A DNA stretch of 64,000 nucleotides from an uncultured bacterium (GCA_903899655.1 CAIUKF010000017.1:50586-114585), one strand, 5' to 3'. Counted from the stretch's first letter, positions 9,256 to 19,238 are shown. Program-made: numbers and translations. Notes: a model not told the origin generated them from the letters alone.

Positions 9256-9546
9256 TTACTTAGATATAGTAACTACATTACCGGTGTTAATTTTGTTAAT
9301 AATATCTAATGTATCCATTTGTATGTTTAACACCCAGATAGATAATATAAGGATATAAATAGCTAAAGCAGACCAATAAATTGTTTGATTAGTAATTCTA
9401 AAAGTTACAAAAGGTGATTGTTCTTTATATATTTGAAAGGATTGCTCGACAACACGAGGTTTGCGACGTACAACACGTTTGACCTTGGCTACCTTTGTGA
9501 CTTTTTTTGCCGCCTTTTTAACTGTTTTCTTAGCCTTAGTTGCCAT
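9256..9546 (-). CDS. Hypothetical lysine-rich single-pass membrane protein
   Basis: 96 aa with a KKxxKK-rich N-terminus followed by one hydrophobic helix. Confidence 0.5.
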   Translation of the reverse strand: MATKAKKTVKKAAKKVTKVAKVKRVVRRKPRVVEQSFQIYKEQSPFVTFRITNQTIYWSALAIYILILSIWVLNIQMDTLDIINKINTGNVVTISK

Positions 9547-9672
9547 TACGTTGCTCCTTATTTGACTATATTAATTATTTTCATTATCCTACATTGTAAA
9601 AATAAACACAAGTAGTATGATAATCTGTTAATAATACACATACCTTACATATTTGTTATACTGACATTATAA

Positions 9673-10893
9673 ATGAATACTATTTATCGTAAACGCAAGC
9701 ATTTGTATCTGACAGCTTTATTAGTTTTGATAGTAATCACTTCTGGTGTCGGTGCTTGGTACTATATTAATAATTATCAAAATAAATCAAAGGTTACTGC
9801 TTCGCAACCCGGTAAGTCTAATGCTGATACTACAGTGGTCAAAGAAGCGCCAAAAAGTGACCCCGTAATTCATATTGCGGCTATGGGTGATATGTTGGCG
9901 CATGATACGATTATTGCCAATGCCAAAACAAGTGACAGCTATGACTTTACCAAGTATTTTACAAACATTAAATCAGCCTATAAGGATGCTAATGTTGTTT
10001 TTTGTAACCAAGAGGGTTTAAGCGCTGGTGATCAGTATGGTATCAGTGGTTATCCGTCATTTAACGCCCCTACTAAATTTTCGGCAGATTTGCAGTCGGG
10101 CGCTGGCTGTAACGTTATTAATCTGGCAAATAATCATATGGGCGATAAAGGTGTTAATGCAACAAACACCACAATTGATAACTGGGCCGCCCTAAAACCT
10201 TTGGCTGTTAGCGGTGCTAATAAATCTGTTGCTGATCAAGAAAAAGTTAGCTTTGCCGAAGTGAACGGTATCAAGATTGGTTTTGTGTCATTTGCTGATT
10301 TTAACAATAATAAATCTACGCCAGATTACAGCATTAATATATATCACGATGATGCATTATTGCGTCGTTTAATAACCCAGGCTAGGGCAGGGGCTGATGT
10401 AGTAATTGTATCAATGCATTGGGGTGTCGAGGATTCGAGTATGGTAAGCACCGATCAAATAAATATGGCTAATGAACTAAGCTTGTTAGGTGTTGATGTA
10501 ATTATTGGTACTGGCCCACACGTGTTGCAAAAAGTTCAAACAATAACACGCAACGATGGCGGTAAAACTATCGTTTGGTATTCGTTGGGTAATATGCTGT
10601 CGTCACAGTTGAACATACCAGAGTTAATTGGTGGTATCGCAACATTTGATATTACTAAATCAACTGATAATAAAATTACGATTACTAACTTGGCATTTAC
10701 GCCAACATATATGCATTACGAATGGACGACTACGCAGGCCGCTAATAATGATTTATTGGCACGTAAAAATGCTATGATATATCTGTTAAGCGCTGCCGCT
10801 GAACCTTTGTCGCGTTCACTATTTAATACAACTGTTGCCGAGCAAAAGCAATATGTTGTTGACGTTTTAGGTTCTGAAGTCACGGTGAAATGA
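9673..10893 (+). CDS. CapA/PGA_cap family metallophosphoesterase-like protein
   Basis: 406 aa; N-terminal anchor, then GDMLAHD, NLANNHMGDKG and VSMHWG motifs typical of CapA-type proteins. Confidence 0.7.
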   Translation: MNTIYRKRKHLYLTALLVLIVITSGVGAWYYINNYQNKSKVTASQPGKSNADTTVVKEAPKSDPVIHIAAMGDMLAHDTIIANAKTSDSYDFTKYFTNIKSAYKDANVVFCNQEGLSAGDQYGISGYPSFNAPTKFSADLQSGAGCNVINLANNHMGDKGVNATNTTIDNWAALKPLAVSGANKSVADQEKVSFAEVNGIKIGFVSFADFNNNKSTPDYSINIYHDDALLRRLITQARAGADVVIVSMHWGVEDSSMVSTDQINMANELSLLGVDVIIGTGPHVLQKVQTITRNDGGKTIVWYSLGNMLSSQLNIPELIGGIATFDITKSTDNKITITNLAFTPTYMHYEWTTTQAANNDLLARKNAMIYLLSAAAEPLSRSLFNTTVAEQKQYVVDVLGSEVTVK

Positions 10894-10903
10894 AGAGTCT
10901 ATT

Positions 10904-11031
10904 AGAATATGGCTATTGGAATGTGGCAAAGTAGTCTCAAATAATATGTGCTATGTATAGATTCTAAGTTCATAATTAGGATGGAACTAATTGTTATTTG
11001 CTAAATTCCAATAGCCATATTCCAATAGCTA
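10904..11031. repeat. GGAATATGGCTATTGG repeat family, inverted pair between convergent genes (site 2)
   Basis: AGAATATGGCTATTGGAATGTGGCAAA (10904-10930) and AAATTCCAATAGCCATATTCCAATAGC (about 11003-11029). Confidence 0.75.
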
Positions 11032-11033
11032 AA

Positions 11034-11939
11034 CTAAATAGCGCCGTTGGCTCGCAAAGTGTCGTCGGCTGTTTGAAGGTATGGCCAAGCTTCATCAAGC
11101 GTTAATCCGCTGTCATGTAAGGCAGTTGCTAGGTCTATGCCAACATAACGAAAATGCCAAGGTTCATATTGATAACCTGTTATTGATACTTTGTCACTAG
11201 GATAACGTAAAATAAATCCGTATTTATATGAGTTATGGACTAGCCATTGACCATCGCTAGTGTCACCAAAGCAAGTGTCTAAATAGCAATTACGTGACAC
11301 AGTACTGATATCGACGGCTAAGCCTGTTTGATGCTCGCTTTGGCCGGGAAGTGCGATTGATTGATTAGCGGCAGCTAGTCCAACACTGGCTGCAGCACTG
11401 TTTAAATAGGTTTGTTGCAAAGCCGCTGAACGATAGCCACTGCCAATCATTAATTGGTTACCAGCATCATTGGCGGCCGCAAACATATTGGTTAGTGGTG
11501 TCTCGATATCGCTTCTAACTGATCGTTCGCCGTCGCTTTTGTCAGTTCGGGTTGCTACGTTCGGTGTTTTAAGGTTTGCAGGCACATAATCGATTGAAAT
11601 TGCATGAGTTTTACTGACTAAAGCCCATAAGCTAGATGTATCTGAATAGTCATCAACCAAAGCTTTGATGGGCTGAGCGCCTGGCAGATTAATGTATACA
11701 GGTTGTTTTTTTCGGGCCGCTTTGGCAGATAATTCAGCCTGAAGGTTGATTTCGTTTAATGTTTTAGTCAAAGCGGCGTCAATATTAGCAAATTGCTCGA
11801 CTTGGTAGAAGTATAAATTATAAGCTGATACAGATGTGATGACAATAAATACAAACCAAAATATAATTTTAATTAGTTTATGGTGGTTTGTTTTACTGAC
11901 TAACATGTTTAACACTATATTATCATAATAGTCGGTCAA
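11034..11939 (-). CDS. D-alanyl-D-alanine carboxypeptidase, VanY/peptidase M15B family
   Basis: 301 aa with SGYRS, SEHQTGLAVD and EPWHFRY motifs and an N-terminal membrane anchor. Confidence 0.8.
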   Translation of the reverse strand: MTDYYDNIVLNMLVSKTNHHKLIKIIFWFVFIVITSVSAYNLYFYQVEQFANIDAALTKTLNEINLQAELSAKAARKKQPVYINLPGAQPIKALVDDYSDTSSLWALVSKTHAISIDYVPANLKTPNVATRTDKSDGERSVRSDIETPLTNMFAAANDAGNQLMIGSGYRSAALQQTYLNSAAASVGLAAANQSIALPGQSEHQTGLAVDISTVSRNCYLDTCFGDTSDGQWLVHNSYKYGFILRYPSDKVSITGYQYEPWHFRYVGIDLATALHDSGLTLDEAWPYLQTADDTLRANGAI

Positions 11940-12008
11940 TATTGATTGAAGTGATAGCTTGTTATTAATAATACTGTGTCAATCTAGGCATGATATTATA
12001 AGTATCAT

Positions 12009-12443
12009 ATGGGTAAAATATCTAGAAGCAAAATATCATCGTCTGATAAATCTGGATCTATTTTAGCTAAGCTGTTGACTGTGATTGTTATTTTAGCTGT
12101 AATTGTGTTCACAGGATACGTTGTTACGACCCAAAAAGATCAATTTACCACGCTACAGATTTCGTCTTCATTACAATCCGATTTAACTTATGCATCTAAC
12201 CAAATAAAGCTTTTTCAAACTGTCGATGTAAATAGCAATTTTCCGACGGCAAATAACTGTCCGACACCTGGAGCAACTGAAGTATGTCTTGTATCACATA
12301 CTGGCAGTAAATTTATTTACGTACCAAGTAATGACACTAACCCAAAAACCTTTACTTTGGATGCTGTTAGCGATAATGATAAATTTAGTATTAAGTATCG
12401 TATTACAAATAGTACCAATCCTGTGTTAATGAGCGGTCAATAG
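12009..12443 (+). CDS. Hypothetical membrane-anchored protein with a pilin-like N-terminal helix
   Basis: 144 aa. The hydrophobic helix LLTVIVILAVIVF is followed by LQSDLTYASNQIK, which resembles the alpha1-C region of the two pilin-like proteins in this window. Confidence 0.45.
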   Translation: MGKISRSKISSSDKSGSILAKLLTVIVILAVIVFTGYVVTTQKDQFTTLQISSSLQSDLTYASNQIKLFQTVDVNSNFPTANNCPTPGATEVCLVSHTGSKFIYVPSNDTNPKTFTLDAVSDNDKFSIKYRITNSTNPVLMSGQ

Positions 12444-12524
12444 ACAAAACAAAATCAAACACATTCTTGACGCATAACAGATAGTGTGCTAGAGTTAAAT
12501 GGTAACTTATAACGAATAATAAAC

Positions 12525-12591
12525 AATTCTTGGTGAATTGGTAGGTCTATATCTTTAGAAACCGCCTCCCACCAAGAATTTTAAGTGGGAG
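12525..12591 (+). promoter_or_regulatory. Leader with mutually exclusive hairpins upstream of rplC
   Basis: AATTCTTGGTG (12525-12535) pairs with CACCAAGAATT (12570-12580). This overlaps CTCCCAC (12566-12572) / GTGGGAG (12585-12591), which contains the Shine-Dalgarno. Confidence 0.45.
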
Positions 12592-12601
12592 CAAAAGCGC
12601 T

Positions 12602-13216
12602 ATGAAAGCACTTCTCGGTACCAAAATTGGTATGACCCAAATCATCAGTGAGGATGGTGTTGCAGTTCCTGTAACGCTAATTCAAGCTGGCCCTGTGACT
12701 GTGACTCAGGTCAAAACTGTCGAAACCGACGGTTACACTGCAGTACAAGTGGCATATGGTGAGGGTAAGAACCTGAGCAAGGCCGTGGCTGGACATGTAA
12801 AACCAGCCGGAAGTAATCCGAAGCATATTCGGGAGATCCGTGTAAATCAACTACCAGAAGGCCTCTCGGTAGGAAGCACGATCGATGTAACAACATTTGC
12901 ACTTGGAGACATCGTTGATGCCACCGGTACAAGTAAAGGTAAAGGTTTTGCGGGTAACGTAAAACGACACAACTTTAATACCAGCAAGCACACTCACGGT
13001 GGTAAGGGTGATGTTCGTAAACCAGGATCAATTGGATCAATGTATCCACAAAAGGTCTTCAAGGGTAAACGAATGGCAGGACGCATGGGTCATGACCAAG
13101 TTACGGTCAAAAACCTAGTCGTTTCTTACATCGACCTTGAAAACAATTTGATTGGTCTTCGCGGTGCTGTACCAGGTCCTAAAAAAGGCCTGATAATTAT
13201 CGGAGGGAAAGCATAA
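12602..13216 (+). CDS. rplC: 50S ribosomal protein L3
   Basis: 204 aa, MKALLGTKIGMTQI start, conserved order. Confidence 0.96.
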   Translation: MKALLGTKIGMTQIISEDGVAVPVTLIQAGPVTVTQVKTVETDGYTAVQVAYGEGKNLSKAVAGHVKPAGSNPKHIREIRVNQLPEGLSVGSTIDVTTFALGDIVDATGTSKGKGFAGNVKRHNFNTSKHTHGGKGDVRKPGSIGSMYPQKVFKGKRMAGRMGHDQVTVKNLVVSYIDLENNLIGLRGAVPGPKKGLIIIGGKA

Positions 13217-13836
13217 TGGCTACAACAACTAAAAAAACGGCTGTAGCAAATGTATTACCAGATGATATTTTTGCAGTAGACGTTAAAAATCACGAATTGC
13301 TAAAACTAGCTTATGACAGCTACCTAGCAAACTCACGCCAAGCAAGTGCAACCACTTTGCAACGCGGCGAAGTTAGCGGTGGCGGTAAAAAGCCATGGAA
13401 GCAAAAAGGTACTGGTCGTGCCCGTTTCGGTTCATCACGCAACCCAATTTGGCGCGGTGGTGGTGTCGTATTCGGACCACGCGGTAACGAAAATTACACC
13501 AAGCACATTACAACAACCAGCAAGCGAGTTGCATTGCGCCAAGCATTGTCACTTTCAAACAAAGCTGGCAAAGTTGTCGTACTTGACTTCGTTCCAACTG
13601 GCAAAACGGCTGATGCTGTTAAGTTTTTGGCAGACAACAAACTAGATCGCAAGGTCTTGTTGGTTGTTGATGAAAAAACACCTGAACTGTTGCGCTCAAC
13701 TAACAATATCCAAAATATATTGTTAACTCGCGCTAGCTACCTAAGTGTTTACCACATCCTAAATGCAGATAAAATCGTTATAATACCTGCTGCTGTTGAA
13801 ACAATCACAGCATGGTTAAGCAAAGGGGAGAAGTAA
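13216..13836 (+). CDS. rplD: 50S ribosomal protein L4
   Basis: 206 aa with GGGKKPWKQKGTGRAR motif. Confidence 0.96.
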   Translation: MATTTKKTAVANVLPDDIFAVDVKNHELLKLAYDSYLANSRQASATTLQRGEVSGGGKKPWKQKGTGRARFGSSRNPIWRGGGVVFGPRGNENYTKHITTTSKRVALRQALSLSNKAGKVVVLDFVPTGKTADAVKFLADNKLDRKVLLVVDEKTPELLRSTNNIQNILLTRASYLSVYHILNADKIVIIPAAVETITAWLSKGEK

Positions 13837-13838
13837 TT

Positions 13839-14183
13839 ATGACAACTCATATTAGTATCTACCCACGCGCAACCGAAAAGGCTTATGGCCAATCAAAGAA
13901 CAATATTTATGTCTTTGACGCCCCTGTAAGTGCTAACAAGCAAGAGATTGCTGCTGCAGTCGAATTGCAATACAATGTCAAAACTGTTGGTATCAAAACT
14001 TTGGTTCAAACAGGCAAGGCAATCCGTTTTTCAACCGGCAAACGTGCTCATCCAGGTGCTACAAAGCACAAAGATTTGAAAAAGGCTTATGTTACTTTAG
14101 CTGAAGGCGACAGTATCAAAGTGTTTGAAGAAGCCGCTGCCGAAGAGCAAAAAGTTAAAACCGAAAAGAAGGAGAAGAAGTAA
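13839..14183 (+). CDS. rplW: 50S ribosomal protein L23
   Basis: The ATG at 13839 follows a GGGGAGAAG Shine-Dalgarno and the rplD stop; the ORF-track start at 13812 overlaps rplD. Confidence 0.9.
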   Translation: MTTHISIYPRATEKAYGQSKNNIYVFDAPVSANKQEIAAAVELQYNVKTVGIKTLVQTGKAIRFSTGKRAHPGATKHKDLKKAYVTLAEGDSIKVFEEAAAEEQKVKTEKKEKK

Positions 14184-15022
14184 TGCCAATCACGCAATAC
14201 AGACCAACTACTCCAGCTCGTCGCGGTATGACTACCCAAGACCTAAGTGAGATTACAACTCGTAAACCACTAAAAAGCTTGGTAAAAAGCAAAAAGCAAA
14301 ACGCTGGCCGTAACAACACTGGTCGCATCACTGTTCGTCACCGAGGTGGTGGTGTCAAACGACACTATCGTCTGTTGGACCACAAATTGGCACCAGGCCT
14401 AACTGTAACTGTTGAAGAAATCGAATACGATCCAAACCGCAGTGCTCGCATTGCTCGTGTCAAAGATCAATTTGGTCTTTATCACTACATCCTAGCTGAT
14501 ACATCAATGGTTAAGGGCAAAGTTATTGTCAGTGGCGCTGATGCTCCAGTTGAGTCAAGCAACCGCTTGCCACTAGCTAATATCCCAGTTGGTTCACAAA
14601 TTTATGCAATCGAAATTCACCCCGGCAAAGGCGCACAATTAGTTCGTTCAGCTGGTGTCGTAGCCCAATTAATGGCTAAAGAAGGTGATTATGCGTTGGT
14701 ACGTCTGCCATCAGGTGAAGTTCGTCGTTTCCGTATGGAAGCTACAGCTGCAATCGGTATGGTTGGTAACGTCCAACATCAAAATATCAAGATTGGTTCT
14801 GCCGGACGAAATCGTCGTAAGAGTATTCGACCAGGCGTTCGCGGTGTAGTAATGAATGCTGTTGATCACCCACACGGTGGTGGTGACGGTGGACGTCACG
14901 GTACAGGTAAAACACCACGTACACCATGGGGTCAATTGGCCCTGGGATATCGTACTCGCCGTCGTAAAGACGTCAGTAAGTTGATCGTAAAGACTCGCCA
15001 TGATGCGAAGAGGAAGAAGTAG
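14183..15022 (+). CDS. rplB: 50S ribosomal protein L2
   Basis: 279 aa with VMNAVDHPHGGGDG motif. Confidence 0.97.
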   Translation: MPITQYRPTTPARRGMTTQDLSEITTRKPLKSLVKSKKQNAGRNNTGRITVRHRGGGVKRHYRLLDHKLAPGLTVTVEEIEYDPNRSARIARVKDQFGLYHYILADTSMVKGKVIVSGADAPVESSNRLPLANIPVGSQIYAIEIHPGKGAQLVRSAGVVAQLMAKEGDYALVRLPSGEVRRFRMEATAAIGMVGNVQHQNIKIGSAGRNRRKSIRPGVRGVVMNAVDHPHGGGDGGRHGTGKTPRTPWGQLALGYRTRRRKDVSKLIVKTRHDAKRKK

Positions 15023-15025
15023 ACT

Positions 15026-15292
15026 ATGAGTCGTTCACTAAAAAAAGGACCGTTCGTTGACTTCAAGCTTGCTAAGAAAGTGGCGGCGCTTGGACCAGAC
15101 GACCGAACTATCATCAAAACTTGGGCACGTGCCAGTACAATCAGTCCAGATATGGTCGGACGTACTATCGCTGTCCACAACGGTAAAATGCACATTCCAG
15201 TACTGTTAAGCGAAAATATGGTTGGCCACAAACTCGGTGAGTTTAGCCCAACTCGTAAATTCCGTAAACACGGTGGAAAGGACAATAAATAA
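15026..15292 (+). CDS. rpsS: 30S ribosomal protein S19
   Basis: 88 aa, [12 protein letters not shown] start. Confidence 0.97.
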   Translation: MSRSLKKGPFVDFKLAKKVAALGPDDRTIIKTWARASTISPDMVGRTIAVHNGKMHIPVLLSENMVGHKLGEFSPTRKFRKHGGKDNK

Positions 15293-15693
15293 TGGCTAAT
15301 TCATTAACTGTCCGCGCCTACATCAAAAATATTGATCAGGCTCCACGCAAAGTCAGCCTAGTTGCCAGCCTAATCCGCCGCCGCAACGTCGCTGATGCAC
15401 TTGTTATCTTGTCACACGTTCCAAAACGCGCTGCTAAACCAGTTTTAGACGCCTTGGAAAGTGCCAAAGCTAACGCAATCAATAATCATGGACTAGATGG
15501 TAAAACACTTGTAATTTCTAAATTGTCAGTTACAACTGGCACTCGTTTGAAACGCTTCAAGCCTGCCAGCCGTGGTCGTGCCTTGCCTTTCCAAAAGAAA
15601 GCAACCAACATTCTAGTTGAAGTAACTGGTGATGTTAAGGCGAAAAAGACAGTTGAAAAGACTAAGACGACTGTCAAAAAGGAAGGTAAATAA
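15292..15693 (+). CDS. rplV: 50S ribosomal protein L22
   Basis: 133 aa; position and sequence, with a Lys-rich C-terminal tail. Confidence 0.93.
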   Translation: MANSLTVRAYIKNIDQAPRKVSLVASLIRRRNVADALVILSHVPKRAAKPVLDALESAKANAINNHGLDGKTLVISKLSVTTGTRLKRFKPASRGRALPFQKKATNILVEVTGDVKAKKTVEKTKTTVKKEGK

Positions 15694-15694
15694 T

Positions 15695-16324
15695 ATGGGA
15701 CAAAAAGTAAACCCAATTAGTTTCCGTCTTCAGGTTACCAAAAACTGGCAATCACGCTGGTTCTCTGGCAAAAAAGATTTTGCTAAATGGTTGATCGAAG
15801 ATATCAAGATTCGCGAAATCATCGAAAAACGTTTTGAAAGTCGTCCAACGATTAATCAAATCGAAATCGAACGATCAGCTAATCTAATCACTATTACAAT
15901 TCACACTGCCAAAGCTGGTGTTGTGATTGGTCGTGGTGGTGCCGGTGTAACCGAACTGAAAGCTATGATTGAAAAAATCGCTAGCCTACCAGTACGTTTG
16001 AATATCGAAGAAGTCAAGCGCCCAGAATTAGCTGCTAAATTAGTAGCTGAAAACATCGCCCGACAACTAGAACGCCGTGTTAACTTCCGTCGGGCTATCA
16101 AAATGGCCGCTCAAAACACAATGGCTGCCGGTGCTAAGGGTGTTCGCATCCAAGTCGCTGGACGTCTAAATAACGCCGAGATGGCTCGCCGCGAAAAAGT
16201 AATCGAAGGTTCTGTGCCTCTTCACACATTACGTGCTGATATTGATTACTGTGGTGCCCGCGCTCAAACTCCAGCTGGTGTTATCGGTGTTAAAGTTTGG
16301 ATTTACAAAGGCGAAAGGGTATAG
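15695..16324 (+). CDS. rpsC: 30S ribosomal protein S3
   Basis: MGQKVNPISFRL start at 15695, directly after the rplV stop; the ORF-track start at 15629 overlaps rplV. Confidence 0.95.
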   Translation: MGQKVNPISFRLQVTKNWQSRWFSGKKDFAKWLIEDIKIREIIEKRFESRPTINQIEIERSANLITITIHTAKAGVVIGRGGAGVTELKAMIEKIASLPVRLNIEEVKRPELAAKLVAENIARQLERRVNFRRAIKMAAQNTMAAGAKGVRIQVAGRLNNAEMARREKVIEGSVPLHTLRADIDYCGARAQTPAGVIGVKVWIYKGERV

Positions 16325-16327
16325 ACT

Positions 16328-16741
16328 ATGTTATTACCAAAGAAAACTAAGTACCGAAAAGTACGCAAAGGCAAAAATAAAGGCATCGCAACTCGCGGCC
16401 AATATGTCGCCTTTGGTGATTACGGCATTCAATCAATCGAGAATGAATGTATCACAAGTCGCCAAATCGAAGCTGCTCGTCAGGCAATTACTCACCACAT
16501 CGACCGTGCTGGTAAAATCTGGATCCGTATCTTCCCACACACCCCTGTTACGCGCAAGCCACAGGACGTTAAAATGGGTAGCGGAAAAGGTAACCCAGAG
16601 TTCTTCGTGGCTAAAGTTAAAGCCGGAACTATTTTGTTCGAGCTAAAAGGCGTCGACGAATCAGTTGCTCGCGAAGCAATGCGTTTAGCTGGTAATAAAC
16701 TACCAGTCAAGACAAAATTCGTTATAAAGGAGCAAATCTAA
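16328..16741 (+). CDS. rplP: 50S ribosomal protein L16
   Basis: 137 aa, [11 protein letters not shown] start. Confidence 0.96.
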   Translation: MLLPKKTKYRKVRKGKNKGIATRGQYVAFGDYGIQSIENECITSRQIEAARQAITHHIDRAGKIWIRIFPHTPVTRKPQDVKMGSGKGNPEFFVAKVKAGTILFELKGVDESVAREAMRLAGNKLPVKTKFVIKEQI

Positions 16742-16980
16742 TGGCTATTATCAAGAAATCTACTAAGACTGCTGCTAAACCAGCTGTCGAAGTTAAAACA
16801 ATTGATCAATTGGCTGTTGAACTAGCTGCTAAACAAAATGATTTAATTTCAGCAAAACGCGGACACAAGCTAGGTGAACTCACCAACCCTCGTGTTATCA
16901 CAGTTACACGTAAGCAAATAGCACGCCTTCACACTGCCATCCGAGCAGCCGTGATTGCAAGCGAAAAGGAGAATAAGTAA
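16741..16980 (+). CDS. rpmC: 50S ribosomal protein L29
   Basis: 79 aa in the conserved position between rplP and rpsQ. Confidence 0.88.
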   Translation: MAIIKKSTKTAAKPAVEVKTIDQLAVELAAKQNDLISAKRGHKLGELTNPRVITVTRKQIARLHTAIRAAVIASEKENK

Positions 16981-16981
16981 T

Positions 16982-17266
16982 ATGGCCAAGACATTGACCG
17001 GTATCGTTACGTCGGACGTAGCGGACAAAACCATTACCGTCACTGTTACTAGTCGTGAAACGCATCCTATTTATGGTAAACAGTATACTGTGAACCGCAA
17101 GTACGCCGCTCATGATGAAGCTAACATTGCCAAAATTGGTGACAAAGTAACAATCACAGAAACTCGTCCTATCTCAAAAAGAAAGACGTTCAAACTAGAA
17201 GCTGTTGTTGAAAAATCTCGTGGTTCAATCGAACTAAAAGACGAAGTAGAAACGGTAGAGGCATAA
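16982..17266 (+). CDS. rpsQ: 30S ribosomal protein S17
   Basis: [12 protein letters not shown] start at 16982 after the rpmC stop. Confidence 0.93.
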   Translation: MAKTLTGIVTSDVADKTITVTVTSRETHPIYGKQYTVNRKYAAHDEANIAKIGDKVTITETRPISKRKTFKLEAVVEKSRGSIELKDEVETVEA

Positions 17267-17267
17267 T

Positions 17268-17636
17268 ATGATCCAACAAGAATCCCGTCTAAAAGTCGCT
17301 GACAACTCTGGAGCCAAAGAAATTCTTTGTATCCGTGTTCTTGGTGGTACCAAAAAACGCTATGCTCGTGTTGGTGATATGATCGTCGCTACTGTCAAAG
17401 AAGCTTCAACTGTAGGTGTTGTAAAACGCAAATCAGTTGTAAAAGCAATCGTTGTTCGAACTCGCGATCAAATTCAACGCAAAGATGGTTCAACCATTTG
17501 TTTCGATGATAATGCTGCCGTAATTGTAGCTGATGACAAAACTTTAAAGGGTACTCGTGTCTTTGGACCAGTCCCACGCGAACTACGCGACCTTGGATTT
17601 TCCAAGATTATCAGCCTAGCGCCGGAGGTTTTGTAA
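17268..17636 (+). CDS. rplN: 50S ribosomal protein L14
   Basis: 122 aa, [17 protein letters not shown] start. Confidence 0.97.
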   Translation: MIQQESRLKVADNSGAKEILCIRVLGGTKKRYARVGDMIVATVKEASTVGVVKRKSVVKAIVVRTRDQIQRKDGSTICFDDNAAVIVADDKTLKGTRVFGPVPRELRDLGFSKIISLAPEVL

Positions 17637-17637
17637 G

Positions 17638-17967
17638 ATGGCTACTATTAAACGAATTATCAAAGGTGATTTTGTTAAAATTATCAGTGGTGCCAGCAAA
17701 GGTACGACTGGTAAAGTTACTCAAGTTCTAGCTAAACAGAAATCTGTGCTAGTTGAAGGTGTAAATAATATTCACCGACATGTTAAACCAAGCCAAGCTA
17801 ACCCACGTGGTGGCCACAAGGACATTCAAGTTCCTGTGTCGATTCACAAAGTTGCGCTAGTTGTTGACGAAAAAAGCAACAAAACTAGCCGTGTTGGATT
17901 GGTCAAAAACGCTGATGGTGGCACAACCCGTGTTGCAACTCAGCTAAAAAATAAGGAGATCAAGTAA
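17638..17967 (+). CDS. rplX: 50S ribosomal protein L24
   Basis: 109 aa with a KOW-like GDFVKIISGASKGTTGKV segment. Confidence 0.93.
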   Translation: MATIKRIIKGDFVKIISGASKGTTGKVTQVLAKQKSVLVEGVNNIHRHVKPSQANPRGGHKDIQVPVSIHKVALVVDEKSNKTSRVGLVKNADGGTTRVATQLKNKEIK

Positions 17968-18551
17968 TGGTTAAAGCAACCAAAACATCAACGACTCCTC
18001 GCCTGAAAGCCTTATACAAAGATCAATTTGTTAAGGAACTACAAGCCGAATTGAAATTAGGAAACGTCCACCAAGTTCCTAAAATTGAAAAAATTGTAGT
18101 CAGCGTAGGAATTGGTAAAAATAAAGATGACAAGCGTCATTACGAAGTTGTCAAAAACACGCTGGTAAAAATTACTGGCCAAGCTCCAGTTGACCGTATG
18201 GCTAAAAAATCAATTGCTACATTTAAAATCCGTGCTGGTTTGAACCGTGTTGGTATTAGTGTAACTTTGCGCGGCGCTCGTATGTACGAGTTTTTGGACC
18301 GTTTAGTTAACATTTCATTACCACGTGTTCGCGACTTCCACGGTGTTAATCCAAAAGCTTTTGACAAATCTGGTAACTTTAACCTAGGAATTGTTGAACA
18401 ATCTATCTTCCCTGAACTTACATTCGAGGAAACACAGATTCTTCACGGCCTACAAGTTACTGTGGTTATATCTGGTGGCAATGCTGATTACAGCCGTGCA
18501 CTACTAGAAAAATTTGGAATACCATTCGAGAAGCAAGGAGGCAAACGATAA
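17967..18551 (+). CDS. rplE: 50S ribosomal protein L5
   Basis: 194 aa; conserved order and sequence. Confidence 0.95.
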   Translation: MVKATKTSTTPRLKALYKDQFVKELQAELKLGNVHQVPKIEKIVVSVGIGKNKDDKRHYEVVKNTLVKITGQAPVDRMAKKSIATFKIRAGLNRVGISVTLRGARMYEFLDRLVNISLPRVRDFHGVNPKAFDKSGNFNLGIVEQSIFPELTFEETQILHGLQVTVVISGGNADYSRALLEKFGIPFEKQGGKR

Positions 18552-18820
18552 TGGCTAAAAAATCTGCAATAGCTCGCGACCTAAAACGCAAGAAAATGAT
18601 TGTCAAATATGCTGCTAAACGTGCCGAATTAAAGGAATTAGGTGACCAAGAAGGTTTGGCAAAATTGCCACTTAACAGTTCACCAACTCGTTGGAAAAAC
18701 CGCGATTTACTTCACGGCCGCCCACGTGCCTTTATGCGCCGATTTGGTTTAAACCGTATTAACTTCCGTGAAAAAGCCTCAAAAGGCGAAATTCCCGGCG
18801 TAACAAAGAGTAGCTGGTAG
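18551..18820 (+). CDS. rpsN: 30S ribosomal protein S14, long cysteine-free (C-) form
   Basis: 89 aa ending in W; no CxxC pairs. Confidence 0.92.
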   Translation: MAKKSAIARDLKRKKMIVKYAAKRAELKELGDQEGLAKLPLNSSPTRWKNRDLLHGRPRAFMRRFGLNRINFREKASKGEIPGVTKSSW

Positions 18821-18834
18821 GAAAGGATAAATCT

Positions 18835-19236
18835 ATGTCATTACAATCAACTGACCCAATCGCCGACCTACTAACTCGCATTCGAAATGCAGTTATGATC
18901 GGTAAAAACGAAATTCGTGTTCCTGCAAGTAAATTAAAACTTACTGTCGCTAAAGAACTAAAAAAAGCTAAATACCTAGCTGACGTTACAGTCGAAGCCG
19001 GTAAACCTCGCGATACGATTGTTATTACAATCAACAAGCCAGGTGAAAACTCAACAATTACTGAAATTACCCGTCTGTCTAAACCAGGACGCCGTGTCTA
19101 TGTAGCTGCAAGCGACATTCCACGCATCAAAAACGGTCGCGGTATGGTACTTGTTAGTACAAGCAAAGGTGTAATACCAGGTCATGTCGCTTTCAAAGAA
19201 CGACTTGGCGGTGAATTACTACTTAAGGTATACTAG
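18835..19236 (+). CDS. rpsH: 30S ribosomal protein S8
   Basis: 133 aa with DPIADLLTRIRNA motif. Confidence 0.96.
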   Translation: MSLQSTDPIADLLTRIRNAVMIGKNEIRVPASKLKLTVAKELKKAKYLADVTVEAGKPRDTIVITINKPGENSTITEITRLSKPGRRVYVAASDIPRIKNGRGMVLVSTSKGVIPGHVAFKERLGGELLLKVY

Positions 19237-19238
19237 AT

